Shown: positions 1-13,500, counted from the stretch's first letter. The stretch: 64,000 bases of DNA from Vicugna vicugna (GCA_013265495.1 MU058337.1:3130686-3194685); one strand, 5' to 3'. Notes: generated by a model not told the origin, from the letters alone. A program made the numbers and translations.

Positions 1-1129
1 AAACCAAGAAATATAAATAACAATTATTTTCTCCTCGGGCACTATTGTAAAGATTTTCAGTTAGCCCTCCCAAGCTTAAAAAATAATTCTCATTATTCAG
101 ATTTTGTAGACATAAAAAAGCTTCAATAAATTTCTTAAGGTCACAAAATTGTTGATTTATCACTTAATCCACAGGAAAAATTAGACTACTCAATCATCAT
201 TAACTATTTCTAAATGATTTGAGTGTTCCTTAAGATTTTCTGTCATAGACTAGAGAGGTAACCAGTCCGTGCTGCTTTAACTTCATTTAGATTTCGTAAA
301 ATAAAAGCCTGGGGGGAAAAAAGCTTCTATCAGATTGTAATGGCAGAGTTCTGTTAAAAAATATAACTTCTTAAGAGGAAGCAAGTGCTTGGGTGAAATG
401 TATTTTCTATTTTCGCATGCCAAAGAAAAACTGTAGTTCTAAAACAGGAGATAAATTAGTTCATCATGTCCCTCCTCCTTCAGGAAAACTGATCAGTAGA
501 TCTGAAGAGGGGAAATTCCCCAACAAGAAAATAATTATCCTCAGTAAGATTTCCTTTCAATTGCTGTATTTGACCTCTTTAGAGGATAACATTTACAATG
601 AAGGAATTAGAGCATTATAAAACTTTTTGAGCAGATGATTTTTAACACCAAAAGATAACAAGAAAATTATTATAATTTGGATTGTCACCATTATTAAAAT
701 CATCAGTGAAATAGTTCTAGGTAGTTTCAAAGAAAATGAAAAAGGATGATGATTGCCCTAAAGAAATTTGTGTATTAAACTTCAAATTCTCGTTGAATAC
801 ACATATGATGGGATGTACAAAAGCCATCTCAGTGTTACCAAGCTAAAGCAGGTAGGTTACAGAATACCACCACAAGGTCTATGTAAATACACTGATACTG
901 ATAAAAGTACATTTCCCATGGATGGTGAAAATGCCATCCATGCTCCTCAGAAGTCTACTGACAGAAACGCTTGGTTCTTTGGCTTTTACCTCAATGACAG
1001 CTATACATCACTTCCAAGTTTCCCTTTCCTGAGACGACACACATTACTTGTTTACTTTTCAGGCATTTTCTACATATTCACAAAGTTTCTCACAAACAGA
1101 ATCCCATACTACGTTTTTCCCCCCTACAG

Positions 1130-1790
1130 ATATGTGAGGCTGTCATAAACTCTATTCTCCATCCTGCTTTTTTGCACTCCTATTATGTTATGGAGAACAT
1201 TATACATCAGTGCACGTAGAGAAGGCTCACTCTTTCTAAATGCTGCATATAGTTGCGTAGACAGAACACGATTTATACAGGTCTGAAATTGATAGCCGTT
1301 TTAGGTGCTTTCAATGTTCTACTATTTTATACTCTTGCCATGAATGACATTGTGCATAATTATTTACTTGTAGGACAAACATATGAACAGAAATAGAATT
1401 GCTGGATCAAAAATCATGTGCATTTTAAACAAATGCATGTAAAACATATAGGTGAAATATATATTCAATTATATATGTAAATTGTCTTCTGTAGATGTAC
1501 CATTTTCACAACCAGCAGGAATGTACAAAAATGCCTCACCAACACAGTGTGATTTTGTTCTCATTTCTGCCAATCTTTGCCAAATTTAATTTACTTTAAT
1601 TGTATTATGAGTGGTAGATAATTTTGCATATAAATAAAAGCATATTTGTTTATTTTCCAAAATTGTTTATTCATATCCTTTGTTAAGTTTTTATTTTGCA
1701 CTTCAATTTAATTCTAATGGACTTATAGAAGCTCCTTGTGTACAAGACAATGTCCCTTTTTATATAGTACACATCGCAAATATCAACCTC
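1130..1790 (-). mobile_element. Highly degraded old L1 (L1ME-like) ORF2 3' region
   Basis: Antisense L1 ORF2/3'UTR-like text, e.g. 'agaaatagaattgctggatcaaaaatcatgtgcattttaaac' and 'cctcaccaacacagtgtgattttgttctcatttctgccaatct'; similar decayed L1 text resumes at about 2600-2820, 3403-3770 and 7150-7870. Confidence 0.6.
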
Positions 1791-1792
1791 AC

Positions 1793-2266
1793 TGTTAAAG
1801 GCTGAATTATCAGTCCCAACTTTTCACATCTCTTAGACAGAATTATATATGAAAAACCTGGTCCTTGCTGCATCATGAGACAATGCTCTTCCCTACCCCT
1901 GGGATTCGTCCTTGTCAATGTGACCTGTTTTGTCCAAAGATGAGTTCACAGATGTGACAGGAGTGGAGAATTTAAACTTGCTTACAAGCCTGGTCTTAAA
2001 TTCTGGCATTTTGTGATCCAGAATTAGAAATGGTTCCCTGCAGTTACCATCGCCCTTTCAACCTGGTCACCACATTGAACATACGAAAAGCCCCGCGCCC
2101 ACGCTGGGCCAGCAGCCAAGCCCCGCTGACGCTGCAGGCTGAGGCAGCAGCCCGGTCTGCTCTGGCTTATTTAGCTGCAACCTGAGGCTGCGTGTGCATG
2201 AGTGTAAATCCTTACAGAGTAAGATTTAGGGGTAGTTTGTTACACACCACAGCTGACATAAATACT
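1793..2266 (+). mobile_element. MaLR (MLT1-family) solo LTR
   Basis: Starts TG, contains the MLT1-type 'atgtgacctgttttgtccaaagatgag...cagatgtgaca' and ends 'agatttaggggtagtttgttacacaccacagctgacataaatac', typical of MLT1 3' ends. Confidence 0.7.
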
Positions 2267-2822
2267 AAATGGTCAATTGTCTCTGGCATGCTGTTTTTTT
2301 TAAAAATGCAATATAGATATATATATTATTTATATAGCTTACATGTATTATTTTCATGCATGTCTTCTGAGATATGTATGCGGATGAGATGGATCTAACT
2401 ACTGAAAACGTGAATTACAATTAGATACTTTGTTTTTAATTGTACTTTGATAGTATTTTTCTTTCACTTAGTTGTCATACACCTCTAGAATTTCTTTTAA
2501 TATAAATTGAAGACTACTAATTAAAATATATTTTTCAATTTAAATATTGCCATGCTATTTACCAAACTATACTTTCTTTGCTGACTTCAAGTGTCTCCCT
2601 TAATACACTGAATTTTCCAATGTATTGTGATTTATTTCTAAAATGCCTTGTGCCTGTCTCTCTACATATATAGTATAGACACATATTCATGTGAATTTCC
2701 TAACACTCTTTAATCACCATCTTTGTTAGATCCAATTTTTTCTTCTTATCCTTTCTGAGAATGATTCTTACTTATTTTTTCTAGGCATTCCAAAGTGATA
2801 TTAGTAGTTTATGGAATTTTTC

Positions 2823-3402
2823 AGGAGGGCAGCCCCCCCCCCAGCTCACCTGTTCAGGAAGCAGGTCGAGGCCACATGGGGCTGTGCTGGTGTGCTGACG
2901 TCTCCCCAAAGGACCAGCGAATGGAGAGGTGCGCAGGTGGCAGCCTGCCGGCTTCCTGGTTCCGGGGTCGCCTGTCCGTCGGCTCTTGTGCTCTGTCACT
3001 GGTGTCTAAGCTGATGGCGGGCAGGCGTCATGGACCAAGTAATGCAATTCGTTGAGCCAAGTGGGCGATTTGTGAAGACCTCAGTGCAGCTAGTTATAAG
3101 ATGCATCAAACCTGATACAAAAGAATTTCATAAAATTGCCATGGCAACAGCATGAGGATTTAATATAATGGGGTTTGTTGGATTTGGGGGGAAATGGAGC
3201 CATATTCCTATTAATAGCACCCATTGTTGATGGCTGAAGACCTTTTTTGAAAAGTGTGTTTTATCCTGGGTATTGGTGAACAAGTGAGGATTTGAGAAAC
3301 TCATGGAGTGGAAATGTGCCTATGTATTTTGTTTTTCTTTCTATTTTTTCTTCACAGATGCTTTGTATTTCTTAATTAAAATAATTTCAAAATAGAAAAA
3401 AA
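2823..3402 (+). pseudogene. SEC61G: SEC61G (Sec61 translocon gamma subunit) processed pseudogene
   Basis: ATG at 3030 reads [63 protein letters not shown](+1 nt)IVDG*, versus mammalian SEC61[69 protein letters not shown]. Premature TGA at 3153-3155, one extra base near the end, ancestral stop at 3235-3237, no introns, SEC61G-like 3'UTR ('attggtgaacaagtgaggatttgagaaactca'), ATTAAA near 3375 and an A-rich tail at about 3389-3402. Confidence 0.96.
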
Positions 3403-3774
3403 TTTCGTTGGCATTTTCAATGAAATTATATAAAATATCAAAATGATTTAGGGGAAAGTTATATTTTTAGGATATACTGAGCCTTCATTTTCAATTATAT
3501 AAAATATGTTTAACTTATTACTCTTTCATGCCCTTCAGGAATGTCTTTTAAAGGTTCTTGATATTATGTCTATTTTTTTATTATTATATCAACTTCATCT
3601 TCTTTCTCACTGTTGTTTGCCTACTGAGAAGATACATAAACTTTGTATCCAGTCAGTTAAATAAGGTACATGTTAATCTGAAATTCATCTTTGTCTTTTC
3701 TCCTTTATCAAAGTTTTCTAGGTGAAATATCAAATCAATGATTTAAAAAAAAAATTTCTCTCCTGACTTTTTAA

Positions 3775-5290
3775 AAAATTTTATTGGGAAACAATTGTAG
3801 ATTCACAGGCAGCCATAAAAAAATAACACAGACAGATCCTGTGTACGCTTCACCCAGTTTCTCCAAATGGTGGCATCATCAAAAACACGTCACAGTATGT
3901 AACACTACATCTCAACTAGAATATTGGCGTGGATACAGTGGAAACACAGAAGATACCATTACACAAGGACCATGCAGTTAACCCATCTATAGCCACACCC
4001 ACTTGTCCCTCATCTTCACTTCCTACTTAACCACTTTGAAACCACAGATCTGTTCTCCATTTCTAGACTTCTGTCGCCAAGAATGTTATTTCATAGAATT
4101 AGAGTACAAAGCCTATTGGGGTCGGTTTTTCACTGAGCGTAGTTTTCTGGAGCTCTATCCATGTTGTTGCACATATCATCGGTCTGTTCCTTTATAGTCC
4201 TGAGTAGGATTCTATGGTATGGTTGTCCCACAGTTTATTTAATCATCCACCCACTGAAAAGCATTTGGACTGATTCCAATTTATGATTCTTATGAATAAA
4301 GCTTCTGTGAACACTTGTACTGGTTTTTGTGTCAAATGAGTCTTCATTTCTCTGGGACAAATCCCCAGGAGAGTGTCATTGCAGTGTTGTATATTTAGTA
4401 TTTTAAGAAACAGACCTACTATTTTCTGGTATCATTTTATAATCTCACTGGCAACATATGAGTGACGCAGGTCCTTTCCATCCTTGGCAGCGTTCAGTAT
4501 TGTCACTCCTTTTTTTCCTCTTTTAGCCATTCTAATAGGTGTGTACTGCTATCCCATTAATTTGCATTTCCCTAACAGCTAATGCTGTTGAACATCTTTT
4601 CATGAGTTCATTTGCCATCTGTGTATCTTCTTCAGTGAAATTGCTCTTTGTGATTTCTGCCTTGTTCTAATTGGATAGTTTGCTTCTTTATTGTTGAGTT
4701 TTGAGAGTTCTTTTTATATTTTACATGCGGGTTCATTGTTAGATGAGTAGTTTGCAAATATTTTCCCCACTTCACAGTTTGTTTTTTCATCCTGATGTCA
4801 ACTCTAGGTACTCTTTGCTTAGCTCTATATCACAAAGATTTTTTCCTATCGTTCAATAAAAGTTTTAGTTTCACATTTAACCCCATGATTCCTTTAAATT
4901 GATTTTTGTATAAGGAATACAACTTAAGTCAAGTTTCACTTGTGTGTGTATGTGTGTGTGTGTGTCTATGGATGTCCAATTGCTCCAGCACAATTTGTTG
5001 AAAAGTTTATTTTACTCTCATCAAATTGCTTTTGCAACTTTGTCAAAAACCAGTTGGGAAGAATTACGTGGGTCTATTACTAATTTTGCTACTTTGATTA
5101 TTGATCTAAGTATCCATCCCTCGGCCAGTACCACCCTGCCTTAATCACCGCAGCTGAGTAGTAAAACTGAATATTAAGTAGAGTAATTCCTCCCACTTCG
5201 TTCTTTTCTTTATCAAGTATTGGGTATTCTAGGTCCTTTTCTTCCCCATATAAATTTCAGAATAAACTTGGCAACAAAATCCCTTCCACT
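3775..5290 (-). mobile_element. L1 (L1MC-like) 3'UTR and ORF2 C-terminal region
   Basis: Begins with the antisense L1MC-type 3' end 'ttttattgggaaacaattgtagattcacaggcagcc...', then antisense ORF2 text ('ttagccattctaataggtgtgtactgctatcccattaatttgcatttccctaacagctaatgctgttgaacatcttttcatg'). Confidence 0.85.
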
Positions 5291-7150
5291 TGCCCAAATG
5301 TGAGAATGCTTTGATATCCTTTTCATCCCTGGAGAATATTTTTTGCTAGATATCAGATATTGGGTTAAAAGATCCTTTCTATCAACGTCCAAAAATGTTG
5401 TGCCTACTTCTTCGGACCTCCATGATTTATGATGATAAATCCGCTGCCATTATAATTGCTTTTCTCATAGAGAAGTTGTCGCTTTTTTTTCTGACTGCTT
5501 TTAAGAGTCTTTTTCTGTCTCTAACTTTCAGAAGATTAACGGTGTTCCTTGGTATGGATTTCTTTGGGTTTATCCTGTTTAAGATTTGCTCAGTTCCTTG
5601 ACTCTATAAGTTTATATTTTTTGATAAATTTGGGAGGTTTTTAGTTATTATTTCCTTGAGTACTTTTTCAGTCCTACCCTCTTTCTTCTCTCCTTCAGGG
5701 ACTCTGAAATCATGTATATTAAATCTTTTTTTTAATGATCATACAGATCCCTGAGGCTCTGTTCATATTTTTTTCTAGTCTATTTTCTGTTTTTAGCTAG
5801 AGTGATTTCTACTGTTCTATACTCAGGTTCACTGATTTTTTTCCCCTCTGTACCCTCCATTCAACTGTTGAACCCAAATTTTATTTCAGTTATTGTATTA
5901 TTTTTTAAGTTCTAGAATTTCCAAAAGTTCTCTACATCTTTTATTTCTTTGATAAAACTTTCCACTTGTTTTGGCTGAAGGCTTTTATATTTTCATTTGT
6001 TTCAAGTGTGTTCATAATTGCTCACTGATGTTTTTATGTCTTGACTATTCTAAAACACTTGTCAGATAATTCTAATATCTCTATCATCTTGGTGCTGATA
6101 TCTATTAATTATCTTCTTTTTCCGTTGGGTTTGAAGTCATGCTGTTTCTTGATGTGTCAGGTAATTTTTTTTTCTTGAAACCTCAACATTTCTGTATTGT
6201 GTTATGAGAACGTGGGTCTTATTTAAAACTCCAGTTTGAGGAGGCTTTTTCTACTGCTGCCCCAGCAGGGGAGGAAGGATACTGTCTCTTCACTGCTGGC
6301 TGGAGGTGGAAGTCTATTTCCACACTGGCCTCTATCGGCGCCCCAGAGGGGGAGGATCCGTGTTCGGTTGGGCAGGGGAAGGTTCTAGCTCCCCACATTG
6401 CCTCTTCTGACACCAGTCTCAGGGGGACCGCATTACTGCCGGATGAGGGCAGAAGTCCCCTCCCTCCAGGAGGCCAGTTCTGACGCCACCGAGCAAGAAA
6501 GGGCAGGACACCCCCTTAAGGCTGGAGGGGAGTAGAAATCCCAGCCCTGCATCCATCCTGCAGGGGCCCCACACAGGGGCACGGTGTTGTCTGCGAAGAG
6601 GATCTCTACTGTCAAGTAATGCTGACAGTCCCATCTTTTACTTGACCTGTTCTAGCACCACCATGGTGGGCTTGTGGGGACAGCCAGTGCACCCCGGCAG
6701 AGGTGGAACTCTGGGCTCCCCGCAAGGCTTTTCCCAGTGTGGTGGGAGATGAAACCAAAGTGTTATCTGTGACATTTGGCTGGAGTAGAGCATTTGTTCT
6801 CTAAAGTTGTCTACTTTGTTAAATTTCTCCTTTCTGGCCCTTTGTACAGGAAGAACAAGCTTTTGTTGGGGCTTTTTTCTTTTCTTTCTTTTTCTTATCT
6901 TTCTTTTTTTTTTTTCTTTTGTGTTGACACAGTGGGTTTCAAGTTGACCACTTCTTAAGCAAAAAGAAAATTCAGAGAACTCAGCACCACATCTTTCCTT
7001 CTGCGTCAGCCTGTCTACCTGGTCTTCCTTCTCTCCACTTTTCAGAGTCGCCTTATGCTTGGTTTATGTCTGATGTTCAGGGTTTGAGTTGTACTTAGAG
7101 AAATAAGTAAAAGCACATCCACTCCACCTTCTTTAAAGTGTAAGTCTCTA
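5290..7150 (-). mobile_element. Old L1 ORF1 and 5'UTR region (L1MC/L1MD-like 5' end)
   Basis: Antisense ORF1-type text ('ttccttggtatggatttctttgggtttatcctgtttaagatttgctcagttccttg'), a GC-richer 5'UTR-like block at 6240-6800 and an L1 5'-end-like terminus near 7150. Confidence 0.7.
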
Positions 7151-8367
7151 TTCAGATTTTTTTTCCCTATTTCACTTATGGGACTGATTCACCCATATAT
7201 TCATAATAACATTTAATAACAATAAGACACTCGTAATTTTTACTTTAAAGAAAAAAAGAGCTTTACTTTAAAGCTTTCACAAAGGCTTCATATGCTTGTA
7301 GAATATTAAGAGAATATTAACATGGGATTTTTCATTTAATTCATTAAAGAAATGGGAATTCATTTTCTGTTATCAAAGTAATTATTCTCATTTCATTTAG
7401 ATATTTTTTCAAAAACTGGTTGTTGCATTTAAAACTGTCTATTGAATATATAATGAGAAGATCACAAGTTTTTTGCTTCCATTTCTTAATATGATGAATA
7501 AAATATTTTAACACCAAAACATCTTGACATTACATCTTAAATCCTACTTGGTCATGATGTATCAATGCCCTGTTGAAAATGGATTCTGTTTTCTAATTTT
7601 TGTTTGAGATTTTTTTTTCACTGATATTCAAAAGAATGATCTGTGATTTTCTTTGTGCTATCTTTTTAAGCTAATCTTGATGTCAGTGTACTCTTAGCTC
7701 CTTTTTTAAAAACTAAAGTTTCTTTTCTTTTTTTTTCCTGTTTCAGTACTCCATGACAGAAAAAGCAGTGTTTTACAGTTTCTTTGTATAAATAGTACAC
7801 ATCTCTTGTTATGTTTATTCCTAGGTATTTCATTTTCTCTAATTATATTTTATTGTATTTCTTAAATAGTTGATAGAATATACTTTGAAATTGCCTAGGC
7901 CTGGTACATCTAAGTGTAATTCTTCCTTCCCAGTTTTCTCTGTTTCTCCCAGAGTTCAGTCTGGCAGCTTCGTGTTTTCCCAGACTACGACTTGTCCAAG
8001 GCGGCCGGAGCCAAGCGAAATTCTACACTTTGGTCAGTGGGAGCTCAAGCATCCTTGCTGTGTTCAAGCTAAAGCTGTAGATTATTCCTCCTGCTGCTGG
8101 CCAGTAGGAGTAGCAGCAGTCTTAGTATTTAAAATGGAAACCCTGCCACCCCTATTGACTCCAGACTGCGACCTACAGGGAGAATGAAGGTGCCCTGGAC
8201 ACCGTTCCAGAAGGAAGTCGTCTATGAAAGGGTTCTTTTGGACTCTTTCTTTTAAAAGGAAGGCAGGGTGGGGGCAGTATGTTCTTTTGTTCTACAAACC
8301 CCCAGATGAGTCTCTGGAGTTACTCATGTCTATCAGTGTCTAGACTTAGATCAATCTCTAAACTGCG

Positions 8368-8410
8368 GTGTGTGTACGTGCACGTGTGTGTGTGTGCGTG
8401 TGTGTGTGTG
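8368..8410. repeat. Imperfect (TG)n microsatellite
   Basis: gtgtgtgtacgtgcacgtgtgtgtgtgtgcgtgtgtgtgtgtg. Confidence 0.9.
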
Positions 8411-9499
8411 ACCAGATTAACTTTTCTGCGCTAGGCTCTGCTGAGAGGTATTTAGCAATGCTCTTTGATTTTACTGAGCGTCTTCTTCTTACCCATCCCC
8501 CCTCAGCCTTTGAATCTCATCTGAATCTCATCTAAATCTCATCCCATAGCGGAATTCTATTTAACCTTGGTGTATCGGTCAAGCACTGGTGAAGAAGAAA
8601 TGAGTTTGTCTACTTCCTTTTAACTTCCATGAATCAGTTTTCACCTTCCAGGTCAAAAAAGTAAAGGTAGCAGCGCCATTGCCAAGGATTCTCTTTTGAC
8701 CCGCTAAGCAAAGTTGCTTACATTGATTTTTTTTGGGGGGGGTCCTCTAAGAACGTAGCTGTTCATATGCCCAGAGTGTATATATGTGTGTGCACCTATG
8801 TGTATATATAAATATATATCTCTTCAAGCTTTCTCATTGTGCCATTGACTTTTGACATTGAAAGTACTCCCTAAGCTTGCTCTAGTCCCTGCGTCCCTTA
8901 AATACTTTGCAGTAAGTCACTTTGCAGTTGCTAGCTTCTTTCTGGTGAAAACAGATACTTAAAATACATTTGCTTAATTTTGAACACCTTGGGGCAATTC
9001 TTAAACATCACTGCACAATGTTAAAGTCATCTACTTTGCAGTTTTCTTAAAGAGATATAGGAATAAGGGCGGAAATCACTGAAGACATGACAGAAACTTC
9101 AGAAAGAAAACATCAGAAATCCACAAAGACATTGACTAGATATTGATGATTAGGAAGGAGAAATGATTTGAGTGGCACTGAGTCTTTGCACATGCTTACA
9201 CGGGGAGGTGACAGCACTTTGCACAAAATTATGAGCGTTCGGATGACAGAATGAAGGGTAGTTACAAAGAAATGCAGCAACCAGCAGCAGCCCGGTGGCC
9301 AGCAGGCATTCTGTAAATGACTTTGGAATGACTATTAAATGAATTCCATACTACATACACCGAGTTTGACGTGGAAATTTCAGTGCTAGTGTAACCTTAA
9401 ACCTATGTTGTGCTTTAAATTTACCAAGCACTTTTGTATGTTATCCCATTAAGTGCATGGTAAATCCATGGAGTAAAACATCATTTAAGCCTTTTATAG

Positions 9500-10535
9500 C
9501 TTATTCTGTTTATCTGAAGGCATTAGCTGCATGTCTTCTAAGTTAATCTTCATTTTTGAAATATTGTTATTCATTTATTTCAAAGCTATTCTGGGTGCTC
9601 TCACATTTCTGAGTTAATCTAATTTAGATTTATGCTATTATTTTATATCTTTTGTCATTTTCTTAATTTATTTTAGTTTTCTATATTTTTTTGGAATTTT
9701 TTGTATCAGTTTCCATCTGTTCTCTGCCATGTCTTTTTGGATTGCTTTCATTTTCTATAGGTGCATTATTTTATTTTAATTTATCTTTTTTCTTATAACT
9801 TAGTATGGAATTTAATTGTGATAGATTTTGTTGTGCTGTGTTTTCTTTCTCTGTATGAAATTAGTTTCATGGGTCTTAGGAAGAAGGGATGAGTCTGAAG
9901 AGCTTTTCTAGATTCAGAGCTAGAATACTGTCTCCTGGAATTTCCAGCAATATTTAAGATATGGTCATTTTCCACTTAAAATCTCCCAACAGTTTGTTTT
10001 TCTTATTTTAATCATGACTGATTCTTTTGCCCTTCTCTTTCCTCATCTGATAAATTCAGATTGTCTTTCTAGCAGATTATTTTTCCAAAGAGATAATTTT
10101 ACATATCTGTCAAGCAGACACTGTCTTCAGTGTGCGTCTTTGTTGTGGAAGGGGTTTTAAGATTTCATAGACTTCAGATAACTCCTACCCCTTCATACTA
10201 AGCCATGGTCCCATGATCATGACCCTCAATTTATACTGTGAAAAAATATTAATAGTTTTTGTAGCTGCTTCTCCATCTGTCTGGCCCATGTTCCAGTGCC
10301 CATCTGGTGGCAATTTTACAGTTTCCAACTTCTCATGTCCATTTCATATCATCATGGTCGCATCTCTTTCCTCCTGAAAGGTGCTGGTCGCAGTTAAGTC
10401 TTGTGCTGTAGGTGATTTGTGCTCCCTGCTCTTATTTCATGATTTCTGGTTGTGGGTGGTCCATGGGGGTTTGGCTTTGCTATTCCAGTTTTTGAGAAGT
10501 GATTCCAACATTACTGTTGTCACCATTTTCTGGCA
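9500..10535 (-). mobile_element. Very degraded HAL1/old L1 ORF1-like remnant
   Basis: T-rich antisense ORF1-like composition ending in 'ttactgttgtcaccattttctggcatctc', resembling the antisense 5' end of old L1/HAL1 elements. Confidence 0.4.
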
Positions 10536-13500
10536 TCTCTTCTCCTGACCTCAACGTGAGAGCACAAAGCTCAATCATTAAGCCTTCAAATGACATAACC
10601 GGTTTCTCAGATTGTGGCCTCCAGTGCATTAAAACTGTGTATTTCTTAATTTAATAGAACAGAATAAATATCTATACATGTGAATGCCTTATTTCCTGAA
10701 ATTGAAAATTTTCATATTTCTATAAGCTCTTTTCACACACACATAAGCACACACACTGCCTGCTCATAATTGAAAACTGACTTTTATTTTCACAAAACAT
10801 TCTAAAGTACAAAGAATCTTGTTTTTCACCAAATTATCTCAGATTTTTTCCACTTTATAATTTTTATCAGATTGATGGGTCTGCTCTCATTGTCAGAGTG
10901 AACCACAGAACAATTCCACCGGTTTGATTTTACTGCAGAGTCTTGGCAATGTTTTTTGTTTTGTTTTGTTTTTTATGGACTGGAGATTCCAAATCACTCC
11001 TCTTACCCCAGTCAGAACTGGAAAAAGATAGTCTTAGCAAACTAAAAACAGTGCTGAATGAGGACTGTTTTTGCAATTTCAATGCACTGAAATAATTATT
11101 GAACACTCGAGTGTATGTTTTAATTTTATTAAGAAAGTTGATAGATTTCAAATATATGGAAACCATTTCTATATCTCTTAACTGTTTGGTGACCAACTGA
11201 GGAGAATACAGTCATCTCTGAGTGTCAGTAAGTGCGATAACAAATACTTTCTCAGGGAAATCGTCATAGGCTGGAAGTACTTTTTAAATTTCAAGGTAAA
11301 CAAATAATGCCACATTTTCTACCCAGTTACACTAGGCATCTATTGAGGCCAAGGGATGTGTTCCCTTGCTGGGGTCTCCATCTGAACCCTTCTCAGGGTG
11401 CTCCATGGCATGTCCCCACACAGCCTCATGGCTCTGTGAACAAATTACCAAGGGATTATGGCATCTCCATAATATTCCTACCTACACATTTTTTACTCAA
11501 TTTTGTAATTAATTTAGTCAAATAGAATATACGATTAAATGTTTAAAATAGTTGTTACTTATCTAGCTAATTGCTTGTTTGGTTTTACTAATTAATATAA
11601 TAATTTTTAAATGTTTGTAATTTTATGGAAAGTAATCTTGGTTTTGCTACAGTAATTTGTACACTCCCCAAGTTCCAGCGCGGTGTGTCATATTACAAAC
11701 TCACTTACGGTTTCTCTCTACTCGTATCTTCCTACCAAAATGTAGCTAAGTCATTTCGTACACAGAGTTCCTTCTAGCCATAAATTTAATACACTTTTTA
11801 GCTAAACATTTTCAGAGTTGCTTAAAACATTTTTTTCCAGGAGCTAAATAGCATAACGTACAATTTCAAATATGACTCCTATGTCATTATAAAAAAAACC
11901 CCTCACTTTGGTAAATTGATTAAGAAATCAATTTTCAGTTGAATAATTACACTTTTTTTTTTTTTTTTTGCCTGAGAACAGTAACTACTCAGAGCTTAAG
12001 GGAATAGAAGTATCATCATAAAGGGCAGTTTATTCTGTTTATCCATTGTGACTTGTATTTCTCATTTAGAGTTTAAAAACTATTTAAAATATTAAAACGT
12101 CCCAAACTGCTTAGATCTGACTAGAAACACAGTGTGGAGTGAACAAAATGAAAACTGCCCCCACCACGCCACCAACAGGAACCACAAATCAGTGAGCACA
12201 TCTCAAAATACTTGGATGTTAGTTTTCCAATAGCAAATAAGATGAGTGCGATACCTGACCTTCTGTGCCCTGTCGTTGTTTTTTTTTGTTTCCGTCCTGA
12301 AAATTGGAAGAGTCCAAACCTGAGCTTCCCTAATGTTGCTGTCAGTGTCTCTGTCACCATCTCAGTAGCTGAGTAATCCCCTGGTCTCTACAAATGTTTC
12401 TTTGTCTCTCCTGGTTATGGAAGGGTTAACTCTTTAAATACAAAGACATCTATTAATTGTATTTCCGCAAGGTATTTAGCACTCCTTTCTTTCCCTCAAA
12501 TATGTAGATTTCTTTTTTACTTAGGATGCAAACTGACAGCACAAGTTTGTTAAATTCTTCTTCTTTAAAAACTGTCACACAACTGAAAATTAAGTAAAAA
12601 TTTAAGTATCTGTTACCTTACAGAACACAGAATGATAATGAAACTGTTTTCCACTTTCAAAAGTCTTGGATGAAGTTCCAAAAAGGGAAGTAAAGAAATT
12701 AAAATTTATCACAAGTCTAGTCTTTGCAAGCTGCTGTGAGTTTATTTAATTTCATTTCCTTTTATTTAGCTCACTTAGTTTTATTTAAAACTTTAAAATA
12801 TATTGGAAAATATTCAACAAATCATTGTTGAAATCATACCAAAAAGAAGATTTGTGGTTATCAGGTATTTTTCAAATAAAATTATAATTTAAAATGCAAA
12901 AAGAAAACAAGTGGAAAATAGATTTTACTACCTTTAAAATAGATCTGTGTCTTAAAATATTTTAAAGTCTTAAAAGTAAAATAGATTTTATTGTCTTATT
13001 TTACACATGAAGAAACAATGAGATGAAAACAATGACTTAATCATCAACAGGTGTGATATTTGTACACCAGCCTCATGGCGAAACAGTGAGCGTGCGCATT
13101 TCTCTACATCACAGATGTGAGGCCGGCCTGTCAAGGGCAGTGAAGCCATTCACGTGGAGAGTTGGTTCTGTAAAATGATCACCTTTTTTTTGTGTTTGAT
13201 TTTATGTAAGATAAGTTGCAAAGATAGAATTGAAATCGGAGTATCACATTTACTTGCACAAATGACACACGTTTTAAAATGAAAGGGTGCAAACCAAATA
13301 AACAGATTGTATATAAATCAGCTGTGTGAGGAATTGCACTTAACGTGGAAGTTTAACAGTCGTATAAAAACGCATGCAATACTGTCATAATTTTACCGAG
13401 AGCTCTTTTACTCTTTCTAGAAATTTAAGTTGGAATTCTTCTTGTGATTTTGCAGTCTGTAATAATTTACAAAGAGCACATTATAGTCAGCATGGCTTAG

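Noticed and set aside
2781..3055. Three overlapping ORFs of 67-86 aa
   Set aside because: They arise from the GC-rich leader of the SEC61G retrocopy; the homologous frame starts at 3030.
7870..8330. GC-richer block with tandem acceptor-like sites and a 105-aa ORF
   Set aside because: No matching donor or recognisable peptide in the frames I read; cannot be supported as an exon.
8511..8543. Three tandem 11-mers (tgaatctcatc), and similar short repeats at about 58612-58665
   Set aside because: Ordinary slippage duplications; no unique spacers, so not CRISPR-like.
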